From: Octopus sinensis
Taxonomy: Eukaryota
Reading direction: 5' to 3'
Assembly (NCBI RefSeq): GCF_006345805.1
Contig: NC_043016.1
Coordinates: 434,001-498,000, forward strand
DNA length: 64,000 bases
Numbering within the stretch: the stretch's first letter is position 1; each line of letters opens with the position of its first letter. Shown piece after piece: positions 48,069 to 62,789 of this stretch. The notes below the pieces were generated by a model. The model was not told the origin of the DNA, did no database searches, and worked only from the letters and a program-made list of their open reading frames with translations. The position numbers were made by a program, and so were the translations under genes.

Positions 48069-51000
48069 TGTTTATTTTTCTTTTGGTTTTTTAAAAATTG
48101 TGTGTAATATTTCGATTTGAGGTTGAGGTATTTATATTTTTGTTGTTGTTTTTTGACCTTTGAAAATTTAAAAGATTTTTTTACCTATTTTTTAAATTTC
48201 TTTTGATTTTCGTTTTATTTTTTATGTTTGTTTCTCTTGTTTTGCATCTTAATGTTTTGCATCCATTGTTCGGGGTTTATTTTTTGATTTGATTGAATCC
48301 TGGTTGTTTTTTTTTTTCGTTGGTCAGTTATTTTTAGCATTTTGACAGGAAAAAGTCATTCTAAAACTGTTTTTTTTTAACGTAAGCGTGCCCAAACAAG
48401 TCGAATGCTTACACAGACCAGGTTTTACAGCCACATCATCAAAACCGACCGGGATGAAACCGGGATTAGCTGCTAGTATATATATATATATATAGAATAT
48501 GAGGGCTTTAGTTCATTTGTGATCCAAACTAATAGGTACTCTGAGTAAGTGCTGTAGTTGGTCGTCCGTTAGGCTCCAAGTTCACGGCTGAGGTTGGATC
48601 TTGGGATCCGTATTCGGGTTCCGTTATAGCAGGTATATATTATATTATATTAGAGGAAAAAGCAAAACCAAGACAGAACAAGTATCTCAAGTCATTTAGA
48701 ATAATTTAATTAGACTAAGGATAACCCAAGTCAGTTTGTCCGTGCACTGGGCATCCCGTCATCAGAGACAAGGTATGAATATTTTAGACAGAGAAAATTT
48801 ACAGTTTACAAGGAATAAAAATTCACAGTTTATACGGAATAAAAATTCACAGTTAATAAGGAATAACATTTAAGAATAAAGGAGTAAATAGAATAATGAA
48901 GAGTAAGGTAGAATACAGGCGGGAGAATAATATTCGCAGATCATCTTTTCCAGAGGATATGGATGTTGGTCGGTACTTCCATGAAGCTACAGGTCCTTAG
49001 TTAAAATTCCAGGTAAATCCAGGTGGTATTTTGGTAGTATTTTGATTGATGTCTTCATATTGGAGCGATAGATAAAATGTAAATGCGTATACAGAATGAG
49101 AAAGTAAGATAGACATAAATGGGTTTTGCGAGTGAGTGTATATGAGAGAGAGGAGAAAGAGAGAAAAAGAGAGAGAGGAGGAGAAGAGAGAGAGAGGGGG
49201 CGGAAGAGAGAAAGAGAGAGGAGAAATGAATAAAAAGAAGATAGAGTAAAGGGTAAAAATAAGAATAAAAATAAAATAAAAGTAAAGGTAATGATAGAGA
49301 TATGACAGAATTGCAACGGGGTGAGAGGTCAAACGTTAAAGTTTCAGTAAAGTGGGGGTGGGGGGTGGAGGGCCAATCTTGGTATGGTCACAAAGGACAA
49401 TAGTTTAGTGTAGATATTTAAAATTTATATTTCAAGCTTAATAGCCATTAAATGATGCGAGATGAAGGGTTAAGAATTAAAGTTAAATTAAAGATTAAAA
49501 CTTCAAATTACGAACTAAGAAAGATAAAACCTAAAAACTACAAAAACTAAAAATTATTTAATTGAAACTGGTTAGTTTCTATGATACTTATGTCGATAGA
49601 GAGGTAGAAGAAAAGAAAAAGCGAACACATACATACACACACACACATATATATACACATACACATTTTCAGCTGAATTCATTGGAGCAGGCAATTTTTC
49701 AAGAAACAGAAAATGCCGCCCAACATTGGAATTGAACTCGCGACATGATGATTCATGACATGTCCAGAACATCTGACAATTAAACCGCGCACTTTTATAT
49801 TACAAAGGTACCTTTATAATTATTACCAACCTCTATATTTCCTGTTGTTAAGCCCATATATACTGTATTGATACCAACTTATTAAAAACACCTTTTATAT
49901 ATTAGTAACAGGTGAAGACGCACGGCCTAGTGGTTGGGGTGCTGCAATCACGATCGCAAGATTGTGGTTTCAATTTCTACACCGTATGGTGTATCGTGGT
50001 CTTGAGCAAAACACTTCATCTCACATCGTGTGGAATACTGTGCACCTGTTCAGAGAGAGAGTCAGTTTGATAGAGAAAGTGAGCTAATGTACAATACATA
50101 CATTTAATCACTGAGACCCACTTCGGTCACGACACTGACCATGGGATTACACCGAGAAAGTTACCCTCCCAGGTACAAGTCCGGCAAGGTTGTTTTTATG
50201 GAAGACCAGCAGTCGCCCATGCATACCGGCCTCCCCTCTCCACGACACCAGTGTTATCCAAGGGGAAGGCAAGGTCCGATACAGCTTGGCACCTGTGACG
50301 TCGCAACTCATTTCTACAACTGAGTGAACTGGGAACAACGTGAAATAAAGTGTCTTGCTCAAGAACACAACATACAGCCCGGTACGGGATTCGAGCTCAC
50401 AACCTCACGATCGTAAGCTCGACGCTCTAACCACTGAGCCTTCACAATTAATCACTATAAACCAATCATTTGTGCAGCTTGATCAACAAAATCTGAACAC
50501 TTATACGTTGACTTCGACGGGAGAGTCCATTATATTATTAACATACCACCGTGAACACCGTGACCGACCAGGCTATCAGATGTTGCAACACATCGCTGGT
50601 CACAATGCGCTTCGCATTGTTTTTTAGCCTTCAGCGAGCAGGCCAACAGAAGAAAGAGTGAGAGAAAGTTGTGACGAAAGAGTACAGCAGGGATCACCAC
50701 CATCCCCTGCCGGAGCCTCGTGAAGCTTTAGGTGTTTTCGCTCAATAAACACTCACAACGCCCGGTCTGGGAATCGAAACCGCGATACTACGACCGCGAG
50801 TTCGCTGCTCTAACCACTGGGCCATTGCGCTTCCACATTATTAACATATACACACTTCTAATATTGAATCAGGTCCAGGCGGCGCACTGACAGAATCGTT
50901 AAAACGCCGGACAAAATGCTTAACAACACTTCGTCCATCTTCTCATTTTGAGTTCAAATTCCGCCGAGATCGACTCCACCTTTCGTCCTTTCGGAGTCAA

Positions 51001-53405
51001 TAGAATAAGTACCAGGTGAACATTGAGATCGATGTATTCTATTTACCTCTTCCCCGAAAATTGCTGGCCTTGTGCCAAAATTTGAAATCAATATCGAATC
51101 ATTGATAATTTTAATAATCTTTTGCCTTTAGAAATCAATTTTTGTTGCCTTTTTGGGAAAAAATCTTAACTACATATGTATTAAACAAGCTTCCTTAACA
51201 ATTCACAACTGATTATAACTTTGTAATCTTAATAGAATTCATATTATTATTGTATTATATTTTGAAAGTAATTCACTTCTAAACTATCACACAATTTCCA
51301 TTCAGTTTTTCCATTCAATCAATCAACCAATCAATCAATCCAGATCAAGGTAATCTAACAGTTTCCTGAAGAACACTCAATCAGCAACATAAACCCAGCT
51401 AATTTATAAATCACCACCACGATTGGCAAATTGACTTATTATTTTTAAGCAATAAGGCGGTGAACTGGCAGAATCGTTAGCACTCTGGGCGAAATGCTTG
51501 GCGGTATTTCGTCTGCCGTTACGTTCTGAGTTCAAATTCCGCGGAGGTCGACTTTGCCTTTCATCCTTTCGGGGTCGATTAAATAAGTACCAGTTACGCA
51601 CTGGAGTCGATATAATCGACTTAATCCGTTTGTTTGTCCTCTCTGTGTTTAGCCCTTGTGGGTAGTAAAGAAATATGTATTTCGTCTGTCTTTATGTTCT
51701 GAGTTCAAATTCCGCGGAGGTCGATTTTGCCTGTCATCTTTTCGGGGTTGATAAGTTAAGTACCAGTTGCGTACTTGGGTTGATCTAATCGACTGGCCCT
51801 CTCCCCAAAAATTTCGGGCCTTGTGCCTAGCCCTTCACATTTTCCCTTATTGCTTCATTAAGTTCCTTTCTTAGTATCTCAAATTAAATACTTTATACAA
51901 TATGGATTTTTCTTACCACTTTCTCTCTCTTATCATAATTTAAAATCTTTTCATATAAACTTAGTTGTTTGAAGAATTTAAACTTTATTCATTGAATATT
52001 ACACACATGAATGATAGCAGATAAGCAGAACTTTATTATAAAACTAATTTGATTATAGAATTTTACTTTTGCGCACTCAATGCCGTAGACACAAATAATA
52101 ATAATAACTGTTACATATAAAACCTTTTCCCGAAATTTAAATTAATTTACTTGGTTATTCATTATCTGTACTTAAAGACATTAATTCGTCTGTAGAAGTG
52201 ACTTTCGTATACATAACCCCCCCCCCCCACACGCACAGTCCTCCTCAAATTTAAATTAAAACGAATTATTTAAATGATTTTCTTTTTATGTATTGAGAAA
52301 TATATACAAATACGCTTTAATTCTCTTACTTTAGCCATCTTCACTTTAAAGATGGTAATATGTTGCACTAAGTTGCTTTTGGATAAAATGTAATCTATTT
52401 CTTTACTACCCACAAGGGGCTAAACACAGATAGAACAAACAAGGACAGACACACGGATTAAGTCGATTACATCGACTCCCAGTGTGTAACTGGTACTTAA
52501 TTTATCGACCCCGAAAGGATGAAAAGCAAAGTCGACCTCGGCGGAATTCGAACTCAGAACGTAACGGCAGACGAAATACCGCTAAGCATTTCGCCCGGCA
52601 TGCTAGCGTTTCTGCCAGCTCGCCACCCCTTTGGATAAAATGTAATCGTTTAGAGTCATGTTTAACATGTTCGATCGTATTCGAACGCGGTAAGACCTAA
52701 CACTTCAAGAATAGATCCGGTAGAAAAATTGTCCATTTAGACTTGTGTAATTATACATTTTGTTTTCAGCTGTGATAGACGTCGTTAGATTGTAGGACGG
52801 ATGCGTTTCAGCGTGTTTCTGCTTTGTCGTTTATGGAAAACTAGCTGTGTTGTTCTCAGCCCAGTAAGTATAAAGTTATACTAATGGCTGATAAATTAAG
52901 TACCAGTTACGCACTGGGGTCGATATAATCGACTTAATCCGTTTGTCCTCTCTGTGTTTGACCCCTTATGGATAGTAAAGAAATAGGTATTTCGTCTGTC
53001 GTTACGTTCTGAGTTCAAATTCCGCCGAGGTCGACTTTGCCTTTCATCCTTTCGGGGTCGATAAATAAAGTACCAGTCTCGCACTGGGGTCGATGTAATC
53101 GACTTAATCCGTTTGTCTGTCCTTCTTTGTCCCCTCTATGTTTACCCCCTTGTGGGTAATAAAGAAATATATATTGTGGCTTGTTATGGTAGATTGTGCC
53201 TATAAAATAGGATTATAGAATGAAAACATACTATTCCATTCTATTAATGTTTTCTTTTCTTTTCTGCGGAACGGCATCAAGCTTCGTCAAGACCCAAAAT
53301 CTGTCATCATCCAAACACCGTTTACACATTTACTAAACACAGCATGAAAAACGCCATCGCAAGTAATATTCAGAAAATACTTTTTTTTCCCTACTCTCTC
53401 TAGAC

Positions 53406-53594
53406 CAGTGGTTTTTAGCCAGGGTTCCGCCAGTTACAGTCCAGGGGTTCCGCAAGAAGTTGCAAAACTGCTAAAATCAGCAGTAATTTTTAATTCTCCT
53501 GTGCAGATATGTGTGCATAAGACTATTAAATTATTGCACAGGGGTTCCTCGAGCCAGTGGGGTTCCGCTCCAGCAAAAAGTTTGAAAAGCACTG
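53406..53594. mobile_element. hAT (Charlie-like) MITE with 8-bp TSD
   Basis: TIRs cagtggttttta/tgaaaagcactg; TSD ctctagac/ccctagac (7/8 match). Confidence 0.85.
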
Positions 53595-53647
53595 CCCTAG
53601 ACAAACATAAATATACCTACATACAAAAAACAGCCTTTGTTAGAGCC

Positions 53648-53700
<53 letters not shown>

Positions 53701-53772
53701 GCTGCTACCACTGCTGTTGTTGCTGCTGCTGCTACTACTACTACTACTACTACTACTACTGCTGCTGCTGCA

Positions 53773-53823
<51 letters not shown>

Positions 53824-53895
53824 GCAACTACTACTACTACTACCACTACTACTGCTACTACTGCTAGTTTCACCACCACCACCACCACCACCACC

Positions 53896-53940
<45 letters not shown>
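53648..53940. repeat. (CTA/CTG/CCA)n compound microsatellite
   Basis: Direct inspection. Confidence 0.96.
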
Positions 53941-53941
<1 letters not shown>

Positions 53942-54336
53942 AACCTTTCTACTACAGACACAAGGCCTTAAAGTTTGGAGGAGCAGGCTAGTCGATTACA
54001 TCGACCTCAGTACTGAACTGCTACTTAATTTATCAACGCCGAATGGATGAAAAGCAAAGTGGACCTCGGCGGAATTTGAACTCAGATCGAAGCGATGAGC
54101 AAAATACCTCTAAGCATTTCGTCCAGCATGCTAACGATTCTGCCAGCTCACCGTCTTCTTATTCATGATGATGATGATGATGATGATAAAGATGAAGAAG
54201 ATGATGATGATGATAATAAAGATGAAGAAGATGATGATGATGATGATAAAGATGAAGAAGATGATGAAGATGATAATAATAATAATCGTCGTCATCATCG
54301 TCGTCGTCGTCATCGTCATCATCATCATCATCATCA

Positions 54337-54405
<69 letters not shown>

Positions 54406-54649
54406 TGAGGCGGTGAGCTGGCAAAATCGCTTGCTCGCTGGATAAAATGCTAAGCGGCATTTCATCCGTCTTTACGTTTTGAATTCAAATTCCGCCGAGG
54501 TCGACTTTTCTCTTCGTCCTTCATCCTTTCGGGGCCAATCAAATAAATATCAGTTGAGTGCAGGGGACAATATAATCGACTTATCCACTCCCCCTAAATT
54601 GCTGGCCTTGTGCCGCATCTATAATAGAGTTGACAAAGCCATTAGCCAT

Positions 54650-55275
54650 GACGTGAAGGAGTGCCTTACATTTGCCCAAAACTACAATAAGTTGTGACCA
54701 TATGATGAGAAAGTGAAAGTAGAACATTAGAAACTACGTGAAAAGTGGGGTCTAGAGAGAGGCAAGACGTGGTATGAGGCCAAACCGAAGAGAGTGGCGA
54801 AGTTGGAGACCTGCAAAATTCTGTGAGATTTCTCAATTCAAAGAAATCAGGTGCTAGAGTATACCAAACCGGATCTAATGAAGGTGGACGCATATGCTAT
54901 ATAGTTGATGTTGCGTGTCTGTTTGACCCATGAATAGCCAAGAAGGGAGGAGAAAAAATATATATGTATAGAATCCCTTTAAGTACAAAATAGCCCGACT
55001 ATGGAAAAATGAAGACGTTGCAAATTATTGTTAGGGTCTTGGAGACAATACCAGAAAGCACCAAGAGGGACATGAAGGAAACCGGATCAGGGTATCCAGT
55101 AGAACTGTTACAATTGGTTTACCTCCTTGGAATCCAGAATAATCAGGAAAGTATTAGATAGCTAAAACAACGGATAGCATGGTACTGTAGGCTGCAGGTG
55201 GCAAATCCATTATGCAAAACCCCAGGAGTTCCAACAAAATCAGAGTTAACAGCATGAACAAGAACAACAACAGTG
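54650..55275 (+). mobile_element. Decayed RLE-type (R4/Dong/NeSL-like) LINE 3' end
   Basis: Interrupted frame KWGLERGKTWYEAKPKRV..CKIL*DFSIQRNQVLEYTKPDLMKVD..IVDVACLFD..LKYKIARLW..IIRKVL, including the PD..D restriction-like endonuclease motif; (AAC)-rich tail. Confidence 0.75.
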
Positions 55276-55277
55276 TA

Positions 55278-55556
55278 ATGTATGTATGTATGTATGTATG
55301 TATGTATGTATGTATGTATGTATGTATGTATGTATGTGTGTGTATGTGTGTATGTGTGTATGTATGTATGTATTTATGTACGTATTTATGTATGTATGCA
55401 TGTATGTATGTATGTATGTATGTATGTATGTATGTATGAACGTATGTATGTATGTATGTATGTATGTATGTATGTATGTATGTGTGTGTGTATGTATGTA
55501 TATATGTATGTATGCAAGCATGTATGTGTGTATATATGTATGTATGTATGTATGTA

Positions 55557-55587
<31 letters not shown>

Positions 55588-55868
55588 ATGTATGTATGTG
55601 TGTGTGTGTATGTATGTATGTATGTATGTATGTATGTATGTGTGTGTATGTGTGTATGTGTGTATGTATGTATGTATTTATGTACGTATTTATGTATGTA
55701 TGCATGTATGTATGTATGTATGTATGTATGTATGTATGTATGAACGTATGTATGTATGTATGTATGTATGTATGTATGTATGTATGTATGTATGTGTGTG
55801 TGTATGTATGTATATATGTATGTATGCAAGCATGTATGTGTGTATATATGTATGTATGTATGTATGTA

Positions 55869-55903
<35 letters not shown>

Positions 55904-55992
55904 ATGTATGTATGTATGTATGTATGTATGTATGTATGCATGTATGCATGTATGTATGTATGTATGTATGTATGTATGTATGTATGTATGTA

Positions 55993-56023
<31 letters not shown>

Positions 56024-56134
56024 ATGTATGTATGTGTGTGTGTATGTTTGTATGCATGCATGCTTGTATGTATGTATGCATGTATGTATGTATACATGTA
56101 TGTATGCACGTGCGTACGTATGTACATATGTTTA

Positions 56135-56167
<33 letters not shown>

Positions 56168-56197
56168 ATGTATGTATGTATGTATGTATGTATGTAT
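55278..56197. repeat. About 0.9-kb (ATGT)n array with an internal ~304-bp duplication
   Basis: Marker variants tacgtattt (c at 55381 and 55685) and gaacg (c at 55441 and 55745). Confidence 0.97.
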
Positions 56198-58184
56198 AAG
56201 TATTCAGTAGAGAAAGGAAATTGAAATGAAATCTACATAAGAGTGTAACAATTAATGTTAAAATACAAGGGAAATAATTCTGAATAAAAAAGATTTTTTT
56301 TATATCCCTTCAATATTCTACATATTTTGAAAAAGTACTTTATTAGCATACGTTAAGGATTTCTATAATAGTTCTGAGACTTTTGAATCACCAGGGAAAA
56401 CATTCCTACAGTATCTGTTTACCATTTTACGAACCAACATTGAAAATCACATTCTATAAAATGCTATATAAAATATTGCTTGAAAATTCATAGATTGAAA
56501 CAAGTTATGTCCCTTCGTTTTGTGATTTCAGATTATTAAAATCTACACTTTTCCTCGTCCGAACTTAAATCTTATATTTGTACTAAATCATGTAGTCATA
56601 AACTGCTCTAGGGATATTGATTGAATTCATTTCTTATTTCTTTACTGCCCACAAGGGGCTACACACAGAGGGACAAACAAGGACAGACAAAGAATTAAGT
56701 CGATTACATCGACTCCTGTGCGTAACTGGTGCTTAATTTATCGACCTCGAAAGGATGAAAGGCAAAGTCGACCTCGGCGGAATTTGAACTCAGAACGTAG
56801 CGGCAGACGAAATACTGCTAAGCATTTCGCCCGGCGTGCTAACGTTTCTGCCAGCTCGCCGCCTTTCATTTCTATCAAACGAATATTAATATGGATGAGA
56901 CATGCTTCTTAGAATTTGTTTCGAAGATTAAGACCGGATTAAGACCCATAACACTTCCAAGATTTTAGTGCCCTAATATTTATATAAACAAAAATAAATC
57001 ATAAAATAATAATTTTGTTTTCAAAACGAAACAAACTAACAATAAAATAGAAAATGATATTGTTTATTTTTGTATACTTCCACTTTATATTTGAAAACTT
57101 TTCTCCTACTTTTTTTTTTTAATTATAAAGTCATTTATTAGATCCTCACTATGACATCATGGACACTTCAAAATTATAATTCCAATTATAAAACTACTTC
57201 GAATATTATTTTTAGCAAGCTTAAAGTGATTTCTTTCGTGCCGTAAACCATCTATCATTTCTGTGGTGCTCCCCATCTTCACTTGATGCCATAAGCATGT
57301 GCTTATTTTGCTCAATGATTAATCAATCCACTGCTGTTCTACGCTTGTTCTATTTCTGTCAAAGAAATTATTTTATTGCTCAGCCAGACGAGAAAGAAGG
57401 CCGATTCACTTCCAAGGTCAGTGTAGACCGTAAAAGTCTCTGAATATCGTTCAGCAGAATCAAATCCAGAACTAGGTAATCCCCAGTCAAAAATTTCAAA
57501 TACAGACCTTGTAGGGGATTCACTGTTTTGTCGTGACTTCCCTCGCACTGGAACTCCATGTAAAATATAATTATTAATTATTTAAACATTGTTGGTTTTT
57601 CTGAAAGCAGATGTCTAATACAAGTTCCATTTTAAAATTTGAGACCCTCGCTATTGAAACCCTATCTATCTTATCCATTTAATCTCATTTGTATCCAAAA
57701 GTCCTTTAATATGGCCACAAGCAAAATTCGAGCTAGCAGAATCGTCACTGCGCAAGGCGAAATGCTTAGCGATATTTCATTCATCTTTTAAGTTCTGAGT
57801 TCAAATTTCGCCGAGGTCGACTTTGGCTTTTATCGTTTCGGACTCGATAAAATAAGTGCCAGTTGAACACTGGGGTCGAAGTAATCGACTGAAACCCTTC
57901 CCCGAGCTTATTGGCCTTGTGCAAAAATTTGATACCAATATTTTATCAATATCAATTACGATATATTTAATTAGTTATCAACTTTGAAGTGTCTTTTAAA
58001 TGAATATTGGCAACACTGGTGTCTCAGTTTTCAGTTTACTGAGAGAATCTTGAGAGGGAGCAAAAAAGAGAAGAAGAAAAAAAGGGTCTTAGCGAATGAG
58101 TTAATCACTAAGTTATATGCTCCTGTCAGTTGCCATGATAGCAGTAAAATACATTTAAAGATGTACCAATATATAGGACTGTGG

Positions 58185-58284
<100 letters not shown>

Positions 58285-58294
58285 CCTTATCCCA

Positions 58295-58348
<54 letters not shown>

Positions 58349-58581
58349 CATATACATATGAGTCTAGGACATTTACCCCCATGGACAATAACCACCTCCC
58401 GAAGGACAATTACGCCTGAGGACAATAGATGATTATTTAAAACTTCTTAATATACTGGAGAGCGAGTAATTAACAAAGTGGTCTAATTGCCCTAGGGTGT
58501 AGTTATCATCGGGGAAATTGTAGTATGGGGGGGGGGCAATTGTCCTAATACGATACATATACATATGCACATACATACATG

Positions 58582-58662
<81 letters not shown>

Positions 58663-58895
58663 TATATATATAAAAGAAAAAAGAATTAAAAATCTAGGCG
58701 AATACTTTTTAAATCCTCTGTAGGAATTAAGCCTGACCAATCAAATTGACCAGTGAAGGTCATTCCAATCTATGTAGCCTGTAAAATTTCGCTTCCTGTC
58801 TAACTGCAAATCTTAAGTTCATGCAGTCAAAAAAAATCAGCGTAATGTCACAGAGTATAGTAGAAAACACACACACACACAGACGCACGCACACA

Positions 58896-58952
<57 letters not shown>

Positions 58953-59199
58953 ACCACACACACACAGACGCACACACACACACATACACACACACACGAC
59001 ACTGGAAACTCATACATTTTTTATCAGCTTACGCGCGTTTCGGGTACATCTGTATTACATAATTCCGCTATCTATGAATCATGCATATTAATCGATCCAT
59101 TTCTGCTCAAATACATTACTACTACAAAGATTTGGAAAAATAACACCAACATATCCTCTATATATTTGTTGAGATCAATAACAGTTTAACAATTTAACA

Positions 59200-59400
59200 G
59201 TTTCACCATCAATATGACAAAGGTCGAATTCCTGGACGTAACCCTAAGCCTGAAGACGGACAAGCCTTACAAGAAAGTCAAATGAGAAAACTGTGTCCGC
59301 AGAAACTTCAATCAACCCAGCTACAGTCTGTTAGCCGGTAGAGAAATCTTCAACAGGGCCGCGCCCCCACTATAGCGAAGCATTAATGAGGAGTGGATCT
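59200..59400 (+). pseudogene. Penelope-like element reverse transcriptase/thumb fragment (decayed)
   Basis: FTINMTKVEFLDVTLSLKTDKPYKK and, after frameshifts, EIFNRAAP/HYSEALMRSG, resembling PLE RT motif 7 (FLDV.L) and the downstream thumb. Confidence 0.7.
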
Positions 59401-59782
59401 ACTCAACTCCCACTGCTATATATATATAATTGTATATATATATAATTGTGTGTCTATATATATATATATATATAATTGTGTATGAGTGTGTGTGTGTATG
59501 TGTGTGTGCGCGCGCGCTTTGTGTGTGTGTGTGAGCATGTGAGCATAATATGTGTCTTTGTGTTGTTTCTTGTCTCCCCGCACCGTTTGAAAATAGTAAA
59601 CTTGCGCTTCGGTAAATGCAGCCGATAGAATAAGTATTAGATTTAAAAGAAAAAGAAGTGTGATTGGTTCATAGGGTTCAAACCTGAAGCCTTGAAGGCG
59701 ATGCTCCTGCATAGCCGCAATCCAACGATTGAAACAAGTAAAAGATAAAAATGTACGCTCTGTGGGATCTCTTTTGCTCATC

Positions 59783-59819
<37 letters not shown>

Positions 59820-59963
59820 ATGTATGTATGTATGTATGTATGTATGTATGCGTGTGTGTAATCAAAAAAAAAAATTCAAATAAACGAATAAAATTAACGG
59901 ACAACGTTAATGAGAACGTGCACAGCAAGGAATGTATTAGCTTGACACTCGGTGAAAGAGAGG

Positions 59964-59999
59964 CTTTGACGTTTCGAGCATAGATCTTCGTCGAAAAGA
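59964..59999 (-). ncRNA. Degenerate minimal hammerhead-like motif related to the 45600 family
   Basis: Minus strand CTTT-TCGACGA-AGATC-tat-GCTC-GAAAC-GTC-AAAG: stem I and GAAACGTC retained, core and stem II mutated. Confidence 0.5.
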
Positions 60000-60449
60000 A
60001 GAAAGGAGGAAGTCCACAAAGAAGGAAAAGAAATCGCCAACAGCACGTGTAGTTACATTACTGTATATACACAAACTTTAAGGCGGCGAGCTGGCAGAAT
60101 CGCCCCTGCGTTCTGAGTTCAAATATCGCCGAGGTCGACTATGCCTTTCATCCTGGGGTCGATGTAATCGACTTAATCCGTTTGTCTGTCCTTGTTTGCC
60201 CTCTCTGTGTTTAGCCCCTTGTGGGTAGGAAAGAAATAGGTATTTCGTCTGTCGCTACGTTGTGAGTTCAAATTCCGCCGAGGTCGACTTTGCCTTTCAT
60301 CCTTTCGGGGTCGATAAATTAAGTACCAGTTATGCACTGGGTCGATGTAATCGACTTAATCCGTTTGTCTGTCCTTGATTGTCCCCTCTGTGGGTAGTAA
60401 AGAAATACATATATATACACACACTCACATACATACATACATACATACA

Positions 60450-60482
<33 letters not shown>

Positions 60483-60661
60483 GCACGCACAAAGGTGCAC
60501 ACAGACGTACACACACACACACGCAGACACACACACATACACGCAGGCACACTTACACACGCAGTGACACACACACACACCCACACGCAGGCACTCACAC
60601 ATACACACACACACACACACGCACATGCAGGCTCTCACACACAGAGGCACACACACACGCA

Positions 60662-60700
<39 letters not shown>

Positions 60701-61107
60701 GAAAAAATAGCCTATATGCAGTTACTCAGCATGTTCAAAATGTAGCAATCACGTCCCTCTAATATGTCGCAGCCAACCGTCCTAAAAAACCCCAGAAAAA
60801 TGGACAGGATGGTCTTAACTGGCCATAGGGAAAACATAACGACATCGGTGACAACAACAACTCAGCAGTAACAACAATATAAATAATATTTCTATATGAA
60901 GACAGCGAGCGAGCAGAATCGTTTACTGAGCCAGGCGAAATTCATGGCGGAATTTCACGAGTCTTTACTTTTCTGAATTCAGATTCCGCTGAGGTCGACT
61001 TTGCCGTTTATCCTTTCGCGCTCGATAAAACAAGTATCAGGTGAACCCTGGGATTATTGCAATCCATTTACCCGACACCGTCAAAATTTGAGACTATTAT
61101 ACATATC

Positions 61108-61163
<56 letters not shown>

Positions 61164-62789
61164 ACTATCTGTCTGTCTGTCTGTCTGGCTATCAATGTGT
61201 GTGTATATATTTGTGTATCTACACACAAGCACACACAGACACAGACACAAACACACACACACGCACGCACGCGCACACTCATAGTACATATAAGTGTATA
61301 AAGGAGATGAACGAAATATTAACAAGACTGGAGGCTGTAATAGATTTAACAAACTAATTTTGACGATAGTAACAGTTATGGACATTCCCTTTAAGAGAGT
61401 CCTTTCCTAACCAAAACTTAATAAGATCTAAGGGAAATAACTGGTATGTGCCTGAATTTGGATAGTAAAAGTTGAAGGTTGATCTGCTAAAAGCCGAACT
61501 TGTTCCTAATTAATCGAAATGAAAATCTAGCGGTAAAAGTTAAAAGCTCTGAAAGAAAAGGAGAGATAATTTTAAAAATTACAGAAATATTTTTTCAAGT
61601 CGATTTACATGTTTAGGGGAAGGACAATTTTATTCATACTTAACAGATCAACAATTATTATAATTATTTTTACACTATAATAATTATTTTTACACTATAT
61701 TTGGAACAAGTTTCATCTTCGATCCTTATCGTATGTTAGTGATCGATTCGATAAAAAACAAAAAAAAACAAAAAAAAAAAAAAAAAATTGTAGACGTCAT
61801 CATCGCCGCCCTCGTGGTTAGCGCGTCGTGGTCGTAGTAATGGCGGTCTTGATGTTCAGCGTTGTGGTAGTCGTCGTAGAAGTGGTGTTTCGTGGTGACG
61901 GTCCTCCGTCATCGCTGTTACTACTTACTGCTTACGCCATCATGCTTGCTTGTCGTGGTGGTGGTCATCGACCGACCTCATTATTATTGAATACTGGGGG
62001 GGGGGGGGTCGATATAGTAGAGTTACCACCCCCCCCCCCCACTTCTCCTCTGAACTTGGCCTTGTGCCAAAATCTGGAGCTGGCAGAATCGTTTAACAAG
62101 TCGGGTGAAATGCTTAGCGGCATCCGTTCTTCATCCGTTCTTCACATTCTGAGTTCAAATTCCACCGCGGTCAACTTTGGCTTTCATTCTTTCAGCGTCG
62201 ATAAATTAAGTACCCATGAAACATTGAGGTTGATGTAATCAACAAGTCGCACACTCCAAATTTCAGGCCTTGTGCCTATAGTAGAAAAGATTATTATAAT
62301 TATTATTATTATGATTATTATTGTTATTATTATTATTATTATTATCATCGTCATCGCCACCATCATCATCATCGTCGTCGTCGTCGTCCTCCTCCTCCTC
62401 CTCCCCCGCATCATCATCATCATCATCATCATTCTTCTCCTTCTTCTTCTTCTTCTTCTCCTTCTTCCCCCTCCTCCTCCTCCTCCTCCTCCTCCCCTTC
62501 TTCTTCTTCTTCTTCTTCTTGTTATCATTACTACTATTATTATTGTTGCTATAAGGCGTCGAGCTGGCAGAATCGTTAGCGCACCGGACGAAGTACTTAT
62601 CGGTATTTCGCCAGTCGCTACGTTCTGAGTTCAAATTCCGCTGTAGCTGACTTTGCCTTTCACCCTTTCGGGGTCGATAAAACAAGTACCAGTTGCACAC
62701 TGGGGTCGATGTTATCCACTATCCCTCTCCCCCAAATTTCAGGCCTTGTGCAAATACCTGAAAGGATTATTATTATTATTATTATTATT

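Noticed and set aside
48735-48770. Hammerhead candidate on minus (CTGATGA-CGGGATGC..GCAC-GGACAAAC)
   Set aside because: Stem II pairs only 3 bp and there is no GAAA or clear stem I/III; at best a decayed remnant.
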